64,000 nucleotides of DNA from Zancudomyces culisetae HAW-14-8 (GCA_052426225.1 JBNJNM010000008.1:248001-312000), one strand, 5' to 3'. Counted from the first letter of the stretch, positions 12,848 through 24,813 are shown. The notes: a model not told the origin generated them from the letters alone. Translations and numbers: made by a program.

Positions 12848-13611
12848 CGCTTCGAGTGTTTTTTTTTCCTCTATGGTACAATTAATACAATCTCGGGCAT
12901 AAATGTTTATTGCTAATTAATGAAAACGAATGAATAGTTGCAATGTTATTTCTACAGCTTTGCTGGGCTAAAATGAAAAAAAAATGAAAGAAAATATGTT
13001 TGGGTTACTGTTATGCTTTGTAATTTTCTCTACTCCAAATTTTGAATAAGTTAACCAATGGCCTGGTGTAAAATTTTACAAAGTAAAATTTCCCTAAAAC
13101 TTTACACCAATCAGTTCATTTTCTTTTATGGCAAACCTAGCTTCATTCTCAGCTTCGAAATTAAAGGACTGGGTAACGGGCACAGAAAAGGCGCCATTTA
13201 CTATTGTTATAAAGCCCAAAAGGTGACCGAGCTGATAGGAGAATTCTTACCAACTTATAGATATTAGGATAGCTTGATCATTTGTAGATACGATGGACAT
13301 TCTGGACACAAAGGTAGATTCGTTAACCATATTTTTGGCAAATAAATAGTCCAGTATTGAAAATGCTAAGCAACAATACAGTCGCATACTCCCCCTTAAG
13401 GCTACTGAATGAGTATTGTTGTGATGCATATATCATAGTGACAACGATATATAGTTATAGTGGAGTTAGGTTGAAAAATAAAACAAATTAGAAGAAACAT
13501 AGTTATACTAAGAGATTATCTTTTTTAACCAACACTTTATATTATCATTTAGCGATAAAACGCTAACAAGGACAAAATAAAAACAGCATTGTAAATTATT
13601 AGAAAAATTTC

Positions 13612-15558
13612 TTAGTCGGTAGCGAGATGTAGTATATCATTAAGGCTTTTGCCCAAAGTGGAAGAAAACAGTGAGATGTCGGTTTTCTTGTCACCTTCGG
13701 GAACTTTGTAGTTTTCCCATGTAGTTATAATGGCACGAGTACAGTTTTTATCCAAACCGTACCCAACGCCATAACCAGAAGGAACTACGGGTGCGAAGCC
13801 TCCCTGGAAGTCTCTTGCAGGAGAAACATTGCTAGTAGACAGCTCAAAGTACATTGACTTCAGATACCCAGGGTCGTTGAAAAGTGTAGCTTTTGCCAAC
13901 TCATCAGGGTTTGCTTGATCCAGCATACAACGCAAGCCCAATAAGTGTCTGTCTACACCATAGCCCGATCCGGCAGCCTTCATATACTCTGCGTGTACAC
14001 CTAATGCACCTATAAGAGACTCCATCTTTCGAGCGTTTGTAACCGAGGGGTTGTCAATTGCTTTAACAAACGCCAGTGATTCGTTGCTAGCCACTCTAAC
14101 ACACTCTGTTCTTCCACCTAAATAGCTGCGAGTTCCCGCAGCTTCATAGGTAGCAGTAGCTCTTCCATGAATACGATAGTATGTCAACTGAATTGCCATT
14201 TGCGCAAGCGAATCAGGACTTATTTGAGCTTTTTTAGCTGTCTCAGACCCTATCCCCTCTAGCTTAATATTCTTGAGATTAACATTGTTGGCAAATTTAA
14301 GGGTTTCTGCTTTGACTGCCTCCAACTTATCCAAAATGTCCTGGTTAATTTGCCACTTCAACAAAGCCGGTGGTGGTAAATCGGTACTTCCGGTTTTATG
14401 TAAAACACCCTTTTTTTCTTTTGCTAAAGCCTCCACAATAATCCTTCCAGTGGTAAGTGCATCGACTGGTGTGTGTTCACAATTTAGTCCCACATGTCCA
14501 TTGTTTAGTACAAGTAGTTCAATAGGCTTATCATACCATCGGTTTTCCCCATGTTTGGACTTCAAAAAGTATTGGGCACGTTTATCTATGTCATAGCTAT
14601 CATCCACGTCCATTTCTGTATCCAAGCTAACGGAAAATAGAGCTGTTTCGATTGTACGTAGGTTCTCTGTGTTTGCAGGCGAAATGTCTATCAACCCCTG
14701 ACGCACAGTTGCCCATACATCTCTGTTTGCTGCTGTAAATATACCAATCGCTGCCTGTTTTTGTGTATGGCTGTTCTCAACTTGAGATATTAGTTGATTC
14801 AACTGGTTATAAATGCCGTCGTCAGACACCCTGCTTCCTTGTTGATCGTACACATTTACTTTAAATATCTGATCCTTGTATATTACTGTAATATGTCTTT
14901 CAGCACAAGGATATGAAGAAACGATTTCATCGCACTGTAGCTTGGGTATCCGGGAACAACCAAATTGACGCTTGAATTGATCCATGCAAAAGGGTTTCCC
15001 ATTTCTTTGATATTCGGGCTCGACTTTTCCTTGGTTCAATTTATCATTAAAGTCCAGCAGATGATTAATTAACACGCTAGCCCTTTGTAGCTGGAATGCT
15101 GTATGAACACCCTTCTTTACTTCGCTTGGCTTTGGCATTTGAGCACCTGGAGGTTCAGCAATGGTTGCATACCAATTGACATTCAGATAACAAGGTTCTC
15201 TATATTCCAGATATGCCTTATTGAGCCATATGTTCTCCAGCCAACTCTTCTTCTGGCTCTTTGAATACTCAAATAATCGCTGTTGCAAAATAGGACCCAG
15301 TCCACCATTGTTGCTAATAAAGCTGTTAACTGCATGAGTTGAGTCTCGAAATTCATCTTTTGTTTGGAGTGGCTCGAGAGTCTTCAAATACCGTTCGGCT
15401 GTCTGCTTTAAAGTCGGAATAGGTAGCTTTGGTAAGAGGTCCTGGTTGTCGAAAGTACCAACCGTGGCCCCAGTTGAATGCTTTCTATTTCTTAATTCCG
15501 AATTTAAGGCTCGCTTATTTGCGGGAAATCTGGCTATTCCGGACCTCAGGGTGAGCAT
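13612..15558 (-). CDS. Choline/carnitine O-acyltransferase (carnitine acetyltransferase-like)
   Basis: LPKLPIPTL, NRWYDKP, catalytic EHTPVDA, TYEAAGTR..GGRTE, GVDRHLLGL and FAPVVPSGYGVGY motifs. The Arg-rich N-terminus resembles a mitochondrial presequence. Confidence 0.92.
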   Translation of the reverse strand: MLTLRSGIARFPANKRALNSELRNRKHSTGATVGTFDNQDLLPKLPIPTLKQTAERYLKTLEPLQTKDEFRDSTHAVNSFISNNGGLGPILQQRLFEYSKSQKKSWLENIWLNKAYLEYREPCYLNVNWYATIAEPPGAQMPKPSEVKKGVHTAFQLQRASVLINHLLDFNDKLNQGKVEPEYQRNGKPFCMDQFKRQFGCSRIPKLQCDEIVSSYPCAERHITVIYKDQIFKVNVYDQQGSRVSDDGIYNQLNQLISQVENSHTQKQAAIGIFTAANRDVWATVRQGLIDISPANTENLRTIETALFSVSLDTEMDVDDSYDIDKRAQYFLKSKHGENRWYDKPIELLVLNNGHVGLNCEHTPVDALTTGRIIVEALAKEKKGVLHKTGSTDLPPPALLKWQINQDILDKLEAVKAETLKFANNVNLKNIKLEGIGSETAKKAQISPDSLAQMAIQLTYYRIHGRATATYEAAGTRSYLGGRTECVRVASNESLAFVKAIDNPSVTNARKMESLIGALGVHAEYMKAAGSGYGVDRHLLGLRCMLDQANPDELAKATLFNDPGYLKSMYFELSTSNVSPARDFQGGFAPVVPSGYGVGYGLDKNCTRAIITTWENYKVPEGDKKTDISLFSSTLGKSLNDILHLATD

Positions 15559-17055
15559 TGTTATTGTTTAGTGTTGTGCCTCCAAATACTTGTAGATGCT
15601 ATTAGTATCTGCTGTTATTCGTAGAGCTAAAAACCTTCTACCTTTTTTTCCGAGTAATATAGTAGATATTTTGTATGTATTGAGATATAACGTTTGAGGT
15701 TATTGTGATTAGTAAAAAAATAAAAACAGGGCTTTGGCATTGCATTTCAATTGCTAATCAAAATCCCCCCCCCCCCCCCCCAAAGCTGAAATATGGAGCA
15801 AATAAAAACAAGTACAAAAAAAATGCATTTCGGAGCTAGGAAAACATTGGAGTTGAATAAGTTAAGCTGAGTCTATCAAAGCTAATCAAAATGTGAATCC
15901 AGAGGCGTTACATATTCAATTTGGTGGGAGGTTAGGCTTATTTGCTAACTGGTATGTGCTTGTGAAAGTTTTTTTTTATCTTTTCAACAAAACAAAAAAA
16001 ATGCAATAATATTAACATTAGTGGAGTAAATACAAACAGTATGTTTCATGTTTGAATTTTACCCAGGATTAGGCTTGCATGATAAAAAATCAACAATTAG
16101 TGATCTGAGTGTGAAACTTTCAGGAAGCGAAATGCTTAAATAATACACTATCTAGTGTAGCTAGAAGCACGAGAGCACTAAAGTGTACAAGACGTAGTAA
16201 TGTGTGCCTGTCCTGCATTTTAACCATTAAACCTGGTTCTTTTGTCAACACAACTGAGGTTTGAGGTGAGGCACTCCCTTTTATACAAACTTTTCGCGAA
16301 ACCTTTGCGCGGGGTTTGGTTTTGCACTCTGTTTCACAATGATAAATAAAAAAAAGTATTCATCAAGTAAAGAGCAATCAAACGGAAAAGTAGAAAATAT
16401 CGATGCATCCAAAGGTTTCAAGAGTATGAAAAGGAGGGGTGGGGCTGTGTAGCTAACCAAAATTTTTCAGAAGTAGAACGGTGATACAAAGTACAAGGTT
16501 GGACGATCACCCTTCCTCTAGTACAAGATGTAGTCGGATAATATTTGTTGTTATTTCCAAAACTATGAGTCCCCAAATACTTCTCCATTTGAGAGAGAGG
16601 GGAGGGGAGTGTGTAACCCCCTTTCAACGCACTTTTAATGCACGTTGGTAGTATACACGAACAAGATGTCTAGTTTTCGAAGCCAATACGCTACTTTCAT
16701 TCAATTATAATCCTTCATACACTAATATACGGCGTCCTAAATTGCTAACAAATAAGAGCCAGGGCAAAGTAAGTATTTAAGATAGCTTTTGGCCAGAAAG
16801 TTTGGGTGAGTAATCATATGCCATCGACAATAGTGGTAAATATGGAACTGGGTAGAATACAAGTTTGTTCGAATCACTTTATTCATAATTATGTGGATAT
16901 CCATGTAACACTAATGAAATGATACTAATACAGACCAGGCAAATGTTTGTGTCATAGAATGTTAAAACACTACTAAACAATAGTATGTTGGCATCAAAAG
17001 AGATTTTTCTTAGAAAAGTACACGCAAATGTAAGGGTAAAAGAAAAAAAAACAAT

Positions 17056-19746
17056 TCAACTGTAGCCACCAGACTTGATGACCTTGATACTTTCCAAAAG
17101 GTTTTTTTCACTAGGAAATCTTACACGTTTACCAGACTCCTTATTTCCGCCAGATTTTGGTTTATAGGGTTTTGCGGATAAGAGCGTTGAAAACGAGTCG
17201 CCCGAGTCGTAAGTGCTGTGAGAATTTATAGATTTAATCGACTTGCGCAACTTGTCAGCTGTAGTGCTGGATCGAAACGAAAAGGAAGTAGTAGTACTGG
17301 TAGCGCCAGTAGCACCATTGAAAGGTAAAGAAGAAAAGTTTTGGTTTTCCAGGTTTCGGTGAAAGGGAATAGGTGCAAAGGAAAATGTGTTGTTTTCAGA
17401 GTCCCGAACGGTAGGGTTGGAAGAGTAGTGATTCATATTTGGAAATGTAACAGAAGAAGGGCTAGATGGGTTGTTGTACCTGGAGATAGCCTTTTTCCTG
17501 CGCAAAGTGGTGTTAAAAGAGCTATATGGTTTCTTCCTGTTATTATCATTGGGTGAATTATGGCGGTGGGCTATGGGCAACGAGCGATTCTTGTTGTATA
17601 AAAAGCCAGAGGTCTGCGCATGGCCGTTAGGTGAATGGTTTTGTTGGTATCTTTGCGGGGTTTGAGGAGGGGTGGTAAAGCTGGAGTCAGGAACAGACGT
17701 ATTCATCAGCGTGTTTCTCATGAGTTCAATCTGGCCGAACCGTTCAGAGATTTCCTCCAACCTTGTGTCGATCCTCTGATAGCTAGAGCTGGAAGAAAGA
17801 GAAGGCGGGGTGGAATGAGAAAGCGAGGGAGAAGGGCTTCCGTACTCATCCAAGGCCGATGAATCGCTGGTGCTGCTTAGTGAAATCGAATCGCTCTCGT
17901 CTTCAAAATCACTGTTGAATTCATCATTGTCTAAAGATACGTTATCTTGCATTGTGCCCAGACGCTTAGATTTGTTTATAGCAGCGGTTTTTCGCCGCAG
18001 CAAGACACCATCAGTGTTGGAACCAGCAACACTAAGTAGCTGGGCTTCAAGTAGTCTGGTAGTCTCGTAATAGCTATATATTCCTACACTAACTGCCACA
18101 AAGCATATTGAATCAGCCGAGTTGCTAAGGGTCTCTACGATATCTTCGTCAAGCTTGAGCAATTCAAAGCGCTTTACTTCTCCAAATTTAAAGTTGGTGT
18201 TGTTGGCAACGAGGCAATTGTTCTGCAAATTTGGATGCCGTGGAAATTCAAGCTGTACACGAACGTTGGTGTTTACCTTTTCAATGTTTTGAAATCGCTC
18301 GTCCTCAAGCAATTCTACTTCAATGGTAATCAAGGCATCGCCATCATCACTTCTACTCCGTCTTATGGTCAACCCGAACTCGCATCCGTAGGTCTTGATA
18401 CTGTAATTTTCTATTTTTAAGTGTTCTGGTTCCTTTCCTAGCATATGTATTCGATTAACTGTAATCTTTACGTTTGATGGTTTAGGCTCTTCGCATCGAA
18501 TAGTCTCCTTAAACTTTTCGTTGCTTTTACTCAACAAGTATTGTTTGGTTCCAATCATTCCACTCATGTTCTGATACTTATCCTTTAGAGATATTGCTAA
18601 TGCTTTCCCTCCAACTATTGCCTGGGTTCTAGTATAGCTCTCCATTTGGTCCTGCGAAAAGTTAACCAGTTGGTGCATTTCAACACATTCACTCTCAAGC
18701 TGTTCAACCGCCCTCCTTATTTGCCGCTCTACTTTTGTATGCTTTTTCTTTATTACTTTTATCTGCTCATCAAGCCTTCGCCTGCATTTATTAATTATAC
18801 AATTATATTCCTCCTTCAAATCCTCGCCCTTTAGACGGATATTTTTAACTTCGCTGTCAACCTGGGCCCCAAGCTCCAAACACTTTTCTATCTCCTCATC
18901 CACCATGTCATATACTTCGTCATACTTTACTGCTGCTGGGCTAAGGTCGTGTTTTTTATGTAATTCCTGGTTGTTTTTACAGATTTCGCACACACCAAGT
19001 TCACAATCACTGCACCAGTAGAGTGCCTTTTGGGTTCCATGCATTTTGCAGGTTTCACCAAAGAGCATCACCTGGATCTTTTTCTCCAAATCTTCTGTCC
19101 ACACACCCCTAGAGTTTCGCCTGACTGTTACCAAATCACCTAATGTGCTTGCTTCCTCTTCCTCTTCCTCTTCCTCGTCGTCCTCGTCGTCGTTCTCCTC
19201 CTCTTCTTCCTCTTCCTCACACTCATCCTCACCCTTTCCCTCAACTACGGCTCCCGTATCTTTACTCCTTCGTTTTCCTATCTGTTCTGTTCTCTCTTCT
19301 CCTTCCTTCTTTTCAGATCCTCCCTCGGTTCTTGTTTCGAGTCTTATTTTAGTTTCAGTCCCAGTCCCAGTCCCAGTCCCAGTTCCATCTGCTTTTACAA
19401 CGTCTTTCTTAAATAGATCTTTGTTGCTTTCACTTTCTCGTGTATTATCTTCCTTGGTTGATCCCAGTACAATATGACTCTTTCGATTTTCTGTTGATAC
19501 ATCAGCCCTCTTGTGGGGTATTGATTCCCGCGGCCGTGTGTGTTCTGAAAGCAGTTCTTTGTTTTTTATATTCGACTCGGGCTCCATGTTTTTGATTTGA
19601 ATAAATTTTTTTTCGCTCTCTTCGTGAAGAAATATTTCAAATTCTTCAATCTCAAATTCCGAATCGCTTTCAATTTCTTCCTTGATATTTTTTTCCTTGC
19701 TAAACATATGCTTACTAAAACTTTTAAAGAATAAAATTTTTTTCAT
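17056..19746 (-). CDS. B-box zinc finger / coiled-coil protein with possible MATH-like domain and Ser-rich tail
   Basis: 896-aa ORF. B-box CKMHGTQKALYWCSDCELGVCEICKNNQELHKKH, followed by a helical coiled-coil, a beta-rich segment (YGCEFGLTI...ITIEVELL...VRVQL), and C-terminal KRVRF. Confidence 0.75.
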   Translation of the reverse strand: MKKILFFKSFSKHMFSKEKNIKEEIESDSEFEIEEFEIFLHEESEKKFIQIKNMEPESNIKNKELLSEHTRPRESIPHKRADVSTENRKSHIVLGSTKEDNTRESESNKDLFKKDVVKADGTGTGTGTGTETKIRLETRTEGGSEKKEGEERTEQIGKRRSKDTGAVVEGKGEDECEEEEEEEENDDEDDEEEEEEEEASTLGDLVTVRRNSRGVWTEDLEKKIQVMLFGETCKMHGTQKALYWCSDCELGVCEICKNNQELHKKHDLSPAAVKYDEVYDMVDEEIEKCLELGAQVDSEVKNIRLKGEDLKEEYNCIINKCRRRLDEQIKVIKKKHTKVERQIRRAVEQLESECVEMHQLVNFSQDQMESYTRTQAIVGGKALAISLKDKYQNMSGMIGTKQYLLSKSNEKFKETIRCEEPKPSNVKITVNRIHMLGKEPEHLKIENYSIKTYGCEFGLTIRRSRSDDGDALITIEVELLEDERFQNIEKVNTNVRVQLEFPRHPNLQNNCLVANNTNFKFGEVKRFELLKLDEDIVETLSNSADSICFVAVSVGIYSYYETTRLLEAQLLSVAGSNTDGVLLRRKTAAINKSKRLGTMQDNVSLDNDEFNSDFEDESDSISLSSTSDSSALDEYGSPSPSLSHSTPPSLSSSSSYQRIDTRLEEISERFGQIELMRNTLMNTSVPDSSFTTPPQTPQRYQQNHSPNGHAQTSGFLYNKNRSLPIAHRHNSPNDNNRKKPYSSFNTTLRRKKAISRYNNPSSPSSVTFPNMNHYSSNPTVRDSENNTFSFAPIPFHRNLENQNFSSLPFNGATGATSTTTSFSFRSSTTADKLRKSIKSINSHSTYDSGDSFSTLLSAKPYKPKSGGNKESGKRVRFPSEKNLLESIKVIKSGGYS

Positions 19747-21070
19747 GTTTTATTCTATTTTGTCAACTTTTCTTTACTTTTATTTTCTTTCCTATAACTC
19801 TTGGTTGGATTTCGTTGATATTCAATAAATACGAAAACAAACATCTGTTTTGGCTTTTGAATGGTTCTTAGAATATGTTACCACTGTGGTTTCTCTATAA
19901 CATTACATGTGTAGCCTTTTTATGCACACCACTGCCGTCTTTATTTTGGTTGCCAACAAAAAAATATATATTTACATATTTGAAGGAGGAAAAGTACATG
20001 TATTCAAAGTTATATATACCTTTGACTTTCTGTTTATTTTTCTCTGCACGAGTCTCCGTGCCATGTCCAAACATCTGATATCAAATAAACGAGAAAAGCA
20101 GTATTACTCACCGATTTGGCGAGTCTAAATATCGCATTCTTCAACAACAAATTCGAAAAACAAACGCAATTGACCCAATAACTTTGATTATCTCTCATCC
20201 AAACTCTCATTTCGATTGTTTTTTTCCTTTTTTCGCCTTTTTTTTTGTTTTATTTATACCTTCCTGTTAAATTGTATGTAGCCTAATTTTTTTCTTTTGG
20301 CCATTGGTGGGGTACGAGAATAGTACTTTTGAATTTAATGAACCTCGAAATCATAATCAGTAACATTCTTTCAATGACATGATGTTGAAATTTGGTGAAT
20401 TCAAAGTTTACTTTATATGGTCTTAGCAAATGAGATTGCCGGCACGTTTTACTCTCTTTTTTCGTAATGATTTTTGATGTATATTTCATCCGAAATAAAA
20501 CAATTAACTGTCAATCTATGATGTAAATCCTTCATACTATTTACATTTGCCAAAGTAAACCAGTTAGCATCTCTATAGATTCAAGTAAATGTGTATATAT
20601 AGGATAAACTCAACTCGTTTGTGCTATCCCGCAAAAAGCTAAACCGATAATTGGGCTAGTTACCAGTTTTTACTACCAATTAATCTAGTGTGCTGAAATG
20701 TGCCGAATCTTTATTGAAAGGGTAAAGAAGCATTCTTTACTGGCACATGTATGAGAAAGGCAACAGCCATTGAATATACTATTAAAAGGTCTCGGTCCTA
20801 AATGCGAAACTATTAAAATATAATCGGAATGCCCCACATTTGGTAAAGAGCGTAAAGAAAAGAGGCTGCAATTACCACATGGGTAAAAGATTGGGATACT
20901 GGACATCCTCTTCGCATTCTTCCCCACTCCACCCACTCTCTTATTAACTAGCCAAAACATTGGAAAAAACAAAGGCATGCTTGATCAGAGAACTATTCTG
21001 TTGATTGCTTGCTTAAAATTAGAACAGCTTTACTATATAACGGTGAAACCCGGATACTACTCACCAACCG

Positions 21071-21110
21071 CCTTTTACCACCTTTTACCGCTTTTTACCG
21101 CTTTTTACCG
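21071..21110. repeat. 10-bp tandem repeat (CYTTTTACCR)4
   Basis: CCTTTTACCA CCTTTTACCG CTTTTTACCG CTTTTTACCG, upstream of RPS16. Confidence 0.85.
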
Positions 21111-21447
21111 AATATACCATTTTCCTTTACCCTTTTGAATATGCTTTATAAGTTGTGTGCAACAAAACAGATTGTTTGAAATTGTCCAAACAAAATTGAA
21201 GCAATCAAGTACAAAAAAAATCGGCTTAGGCGAATAAAAAAATAATGCAAAGAAAAAAAAACGACAAAGAGCAAAACAGCCAATCATTTCAAAAATAAAT
21301 TTACTACATGAAATGGGATTCAAAGGGTGAATTTTATTAACATTGAATCACTTGGATACTTTCTTTTTCTAAAAAGAGAATAGAGAAATCGAAATACATT
21401 TCTTCTTTTAGACTTATAGTCCTGGCTTGCTTAACACTCTGCTAAAG

Positions 21448-21598
21448 GTAAGAATAACAGATATTGTTGAGATATTCGAATAGGTATATTTGTCACTGCA
21501 ATTATTAATTTAGTTGGAGTTTTTGCATGTATTGAAGGTGTATAGATATATTAATTAAATTTAGGTTCTAACACTTGCTTTTCTTATATTTGTAGTAG
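21448..21598 (+). other. Probable 5'-UTR intron of RPS16
   Basis: AG|GTAAGA donor at 21448, TTCTAAC branch site, and tandem TAGTAG acceptor (21595/21598) about 22 nt before the ATG. Confidence 0.65.
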
Positions 21599-21619
21599 CA
21601 TTTATATTAAATATCAAAC

Positions 21620-22334
21620 ATGGAAGCAGTTCAAACCTACGGACGCAAGGTTAGTACTATAATTTATCTTCTTGGACCATATTTGTAGTTTTGATTTAAA
21701 TGGATTCAACAGTCTATATTAAATATGAAATAATTTCAATTTTTTGAATCCCTAAGATTTAAACGCGTCAATCGAACATACACAAGCCTAAATTCGAGTA
21801 GCGATGCTAATTTCTTTATTCAATGAAAACTTTATAGAAAACCGCAACAGCAGTTGCTTTCTGCAAGCGCGGAAGAGGAATGATCAAAATTAACGGACAA
21901 CCATTAGACCTCCTCGAACCAGAGATTTTGAAATTCAAGGTTTACGAAGCAATCCTTGTTGTCGGTGAAGATAAATTCGCCAACGTTGATATCCGTGTAC
22001 GTGTTAAGGGTGGTGGTCATACATCTCAAATATATGGTAAGTACTTTATATCCTTTATTGTGTTATAATGTTGTTTATCTGGCCGTATTTGGAGTTTCAG
22101 GCAAGTTTAAGAGCTACAACCGCGTATATTGTATAAATAGCTATCCGTCAAGCAATTGCCAAGGCAATCGTAGCTTTCTACCAGAAATATGTCGATGAAG
22201 CTGCAAAGAAGGAGCTCAAAGAGCTTTATGTATCCTACGATCGTTCACTTTTGGTTGCTGATCCTCGTCGCTGCGAGCCAAAGAAGTTCGGAGGTCCAGG
22301 AGCCCGTGCCCGTTTCCAAAAATCATACCGTTAA
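21620..22334 (+). CDS. RPS16: 40S ribosomal protein S16 (uS9), 3 coding exons
   Basis: Exons 21620-21649, 21838-22036 and 22141-22334 give [10 protein letters not shown]|KTATAVA...[12 protein letters not shown]|IRQAIAK...[24 protein letters not shown]. Confidence 0.97.
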
Positions 22335-23060
22335 TTTTATTTTTATTTTTTACCTGAAAACAATAGTATTTTTTATTAGTATTGAGAGAAGTTGGAAGTT
22401 TTTAGTATTGTAAAGGAATACATTCAATGCGCTAATGTCACTAATGTGAATGCACACCTCAACACTATATCGACCTGGTTTATCTCGAACAAGAGAAGGT
22501 TTATCACATGTTTTTTTTTCTAGCACCAAAGCGATATGGGAGATGTTGACTATTTTCTGTAATGTTGTTATGCTAGTGGGTGCCCTGCTGTTTGAATGAA
22601 GCAAAGTGTGTGTTGATAGTGGAGAAAGCCGAGCATATTCTATAAACCCGGTTTTGTACCGGGTCGCTTTTTTTTTTGGTGTGTGTTAGCACATAGCCGG
22701 ATATGGTGTGAGCGGAAGACGCATATACCGGAATGGTGCTTGAAAATACATGCTGCTACTGCTTGGTCCTATGAAAAGCAATGCAGTCCAGAGTATGAGT
22801 ATGAGTATGAGTATGAGTGGGATTCTGGCAACGGTTCACAGTCAATACAATGTAAACACACTCAGCTGCGGAAACTGTAGAGCATAGCGAGAGCATGAAA
22901 AAATGTTTGGCATATCGTAGAGCGGTGGTCCAGGAATATTTGAACTACAGTTGCGCCTCCTTTCCACCTGCCTTTTCCTGTGTGGCAAGCATAGTGTAAC
23001 TGCACCACTTCATATATGCACGCATTAGTGGTGCAAATACACCCTCTTATTTTATTTGGC

Positions 23061-24160
23061 AAGCGTTTCTGGAACGAGGTCGATAGTCATTGCGGTCGCT
23101 GGGTATGGAGGTGAAATGTTCGGCATGTCTGAAGCAAGGGTAAAACCGATACAGCAAGCCGTGGACAACGCGATAAGAATAGCCATGGGAGTGGGCAGAT
23201 CGACATGTATGAGGAGATTGCGAGAAGAATTAAATATAACAGATATTTACAGTAGAACGACCAGAGCTAGAGACAGAGCATTCCACAAATGGAGTGGCAT
23301 GAAAACATGGATAGCAGATTTAATACAGAACCCCTTCAAACACTCGAAGGACACTTGGGTCACAGGGTACACAAGGTGGTCTAACAGATTCAACAGGATC
23401 AAGATTGATAATGTACCAACCGGAGAGATAAGAAAAACCAAAGAGACACTCGAGATAAACAACAGACTGAAAGACAAGTCGAATATTACAAAGTGGATAA
23501 AGGAAGTTGGAGCAGGCCGACAAAGGAACTGGGTCGACTTACAAGCGGCCTTTCCACAGTACATGAAACACATTCTTTTCGTAGGTCGAATTCGAATAGG
23601 CCAATTTTGGACCGCCACGAGATTAGCAAATTCGGGTTTTATAGATCCAGATTACAAAGCCAAATGTCCGTTCTGTAAGAAAGAAGAAAAAGAAACAGTT
23701 GAACATTACCTATTAGATTGCAGCAGATGGGACGAAATTAGGAATGATTTACTTACCGAATTTATAGATTTTTATAGTTCTTTTTTATCTAGCACGATTT
23801 CCGAGTGTGTTGAGCTTCGCAGGAAAATCGTGGGTAAACTCCTGGGGGAGGAGTTAAAGCTCAAACTACCTGGGATTCTTCGGGATCCAAACGCCACTTG
23901 CGTTAGAGCAGTGGTTTCCACAGCCCGGTTTCTTAACGAGACCTTTTTACCTCGCTACCTAGTGTTGAAAGACATTAGTGTAGTCCCACTCCCCTTGAAC
24001 CAATGCCCATCGGGTACGGAGACTCTAGAGAGTCGAAGGGGGATAGGATGAGTTTAGATTATAGATTGTTTTTAATTGTTTATAGGAACTGTTTATTTTC
24101 TAAATAAATTTTTTTTTCTACCGAAAAAAAAAAAAAAAAAAAAAAAGCGTTTCTGGAACG
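23061..24160 (+). mobile_element. 5'-truncated non-LTR retrotransposon (LINE) with poly(A) tail and 16-bp TSD
   Basis: AAGCGTTTCTGGAACG occurs at 23061-23076 and again at 24145-24160. The body (23077-24144) ends with an AATAAA signal near 24103 and an A-tract from 24124. An uninterrupted reading frame to 24051 encodes the C-terminal part of ORF2 with a CCHC knuckle (CPFCKKEEKETVEHYLLDC). Confidence 0.93.
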
Positions 24161-24600
24161 CATAACCTCATTCTGCGTGGCAGCTTTTTTTTTTCGACAC
24201 CCCTATGCAAACCTTATTATTGATTTCCAGCAATTCTGGCATAATTTTGCCATCCACTAAAAAATCATAGAGAAATCGAATAAATAAATCAGAGTTTAAA
24301 ATGCCATTTTTTATGAATGCAGGGGGAGCCTCTATGCGATCAAAGCTTTGTTTGGTTGGATTAATGCCTATGATATATAAGTATTGACTGGACTTTCTGG
24401 ATCAATACCTTGTAATTTGGGTATAATAGTTTAGCTGATGGTACCTTCAACTGTATATAATCCCTAGTGCCCTCCTTCCGTTTGGAATCCATACTATCTA
24501 TTCCATGTTTATCATTCAAAATTTCTACTTATATTTTATCCATTGCTTTTCGTTTAGTCTAAATCCAGTCATAGCTTGCTAAAATTAAACCAAAACAAAA

Positions 24601-24813
24601 ATGAAAGCCGCAAACAATGTGTTTATCTTTATCGTTTCGCTGGTCGTCACCAGTGCATACGTCGTAAACCTTTCACAAAAAAGGGATCTAGAGCCCGCAT
24701 TTGATCATGGTGTATCAGATATCGAAAACACTAATATGGATAACCAAGAGGACCTCAAAGTGAAAGTAGGAAATGCTCCTGGTAAGCCCAAAAACTTCCC
24801 AATCTTCATCTAA
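24601..24813 (+). CDS. Secreted precursor peptide, DNQ family member 2 (70 aa)
   Basis: Signal peptide MKAANNVFIFIVSLVVTSA, KR site, then DLEPAFDHGVSDIENTNMDNQEDLKVKVGNAPGKPKNFPIFI*. AAAATG context. TATATAA near 24454. Confidence 0.8.
   Translation: MKAANNVFIFIVSLVVTSAYVVNLSQKRDLEPAFDHGVSDIENTNMDNQEDLKVKVGNAPGKPKNFPIFI

Noticed and set aside
15766-15781. Long C and G homopolymers (also near 49163-49177) as functional G-quadruplex elements
   Set aside because: Isolated homopolymers with no supporting context, and their lengths are error-prone.
22046-22056. ATATCCTTT U12-type donor-like words (also near 42040)
   Set aside because: One lies inside a normal GT-AG intron and the other in non-genic DNA. 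Neither has a matching U12 branch site or a reading-frame need.
22646-22677. Hairpin ACCCGGT-TTTGT-ACCGGGT followed by a T10 run, resembling an intrinsic terminator or ncRNA end
   Set aside because: Eukaryotic context, only a 7-bp stem, and no recognisable RNA gene or Pol III A/B boxes upstream.
23056-24051. 331-aa ORF as a host gene
   Set aside because: It starts at a TTG in flanking DNA and runs through the TSD. It is the 3' remnant of a LINE ORF2.
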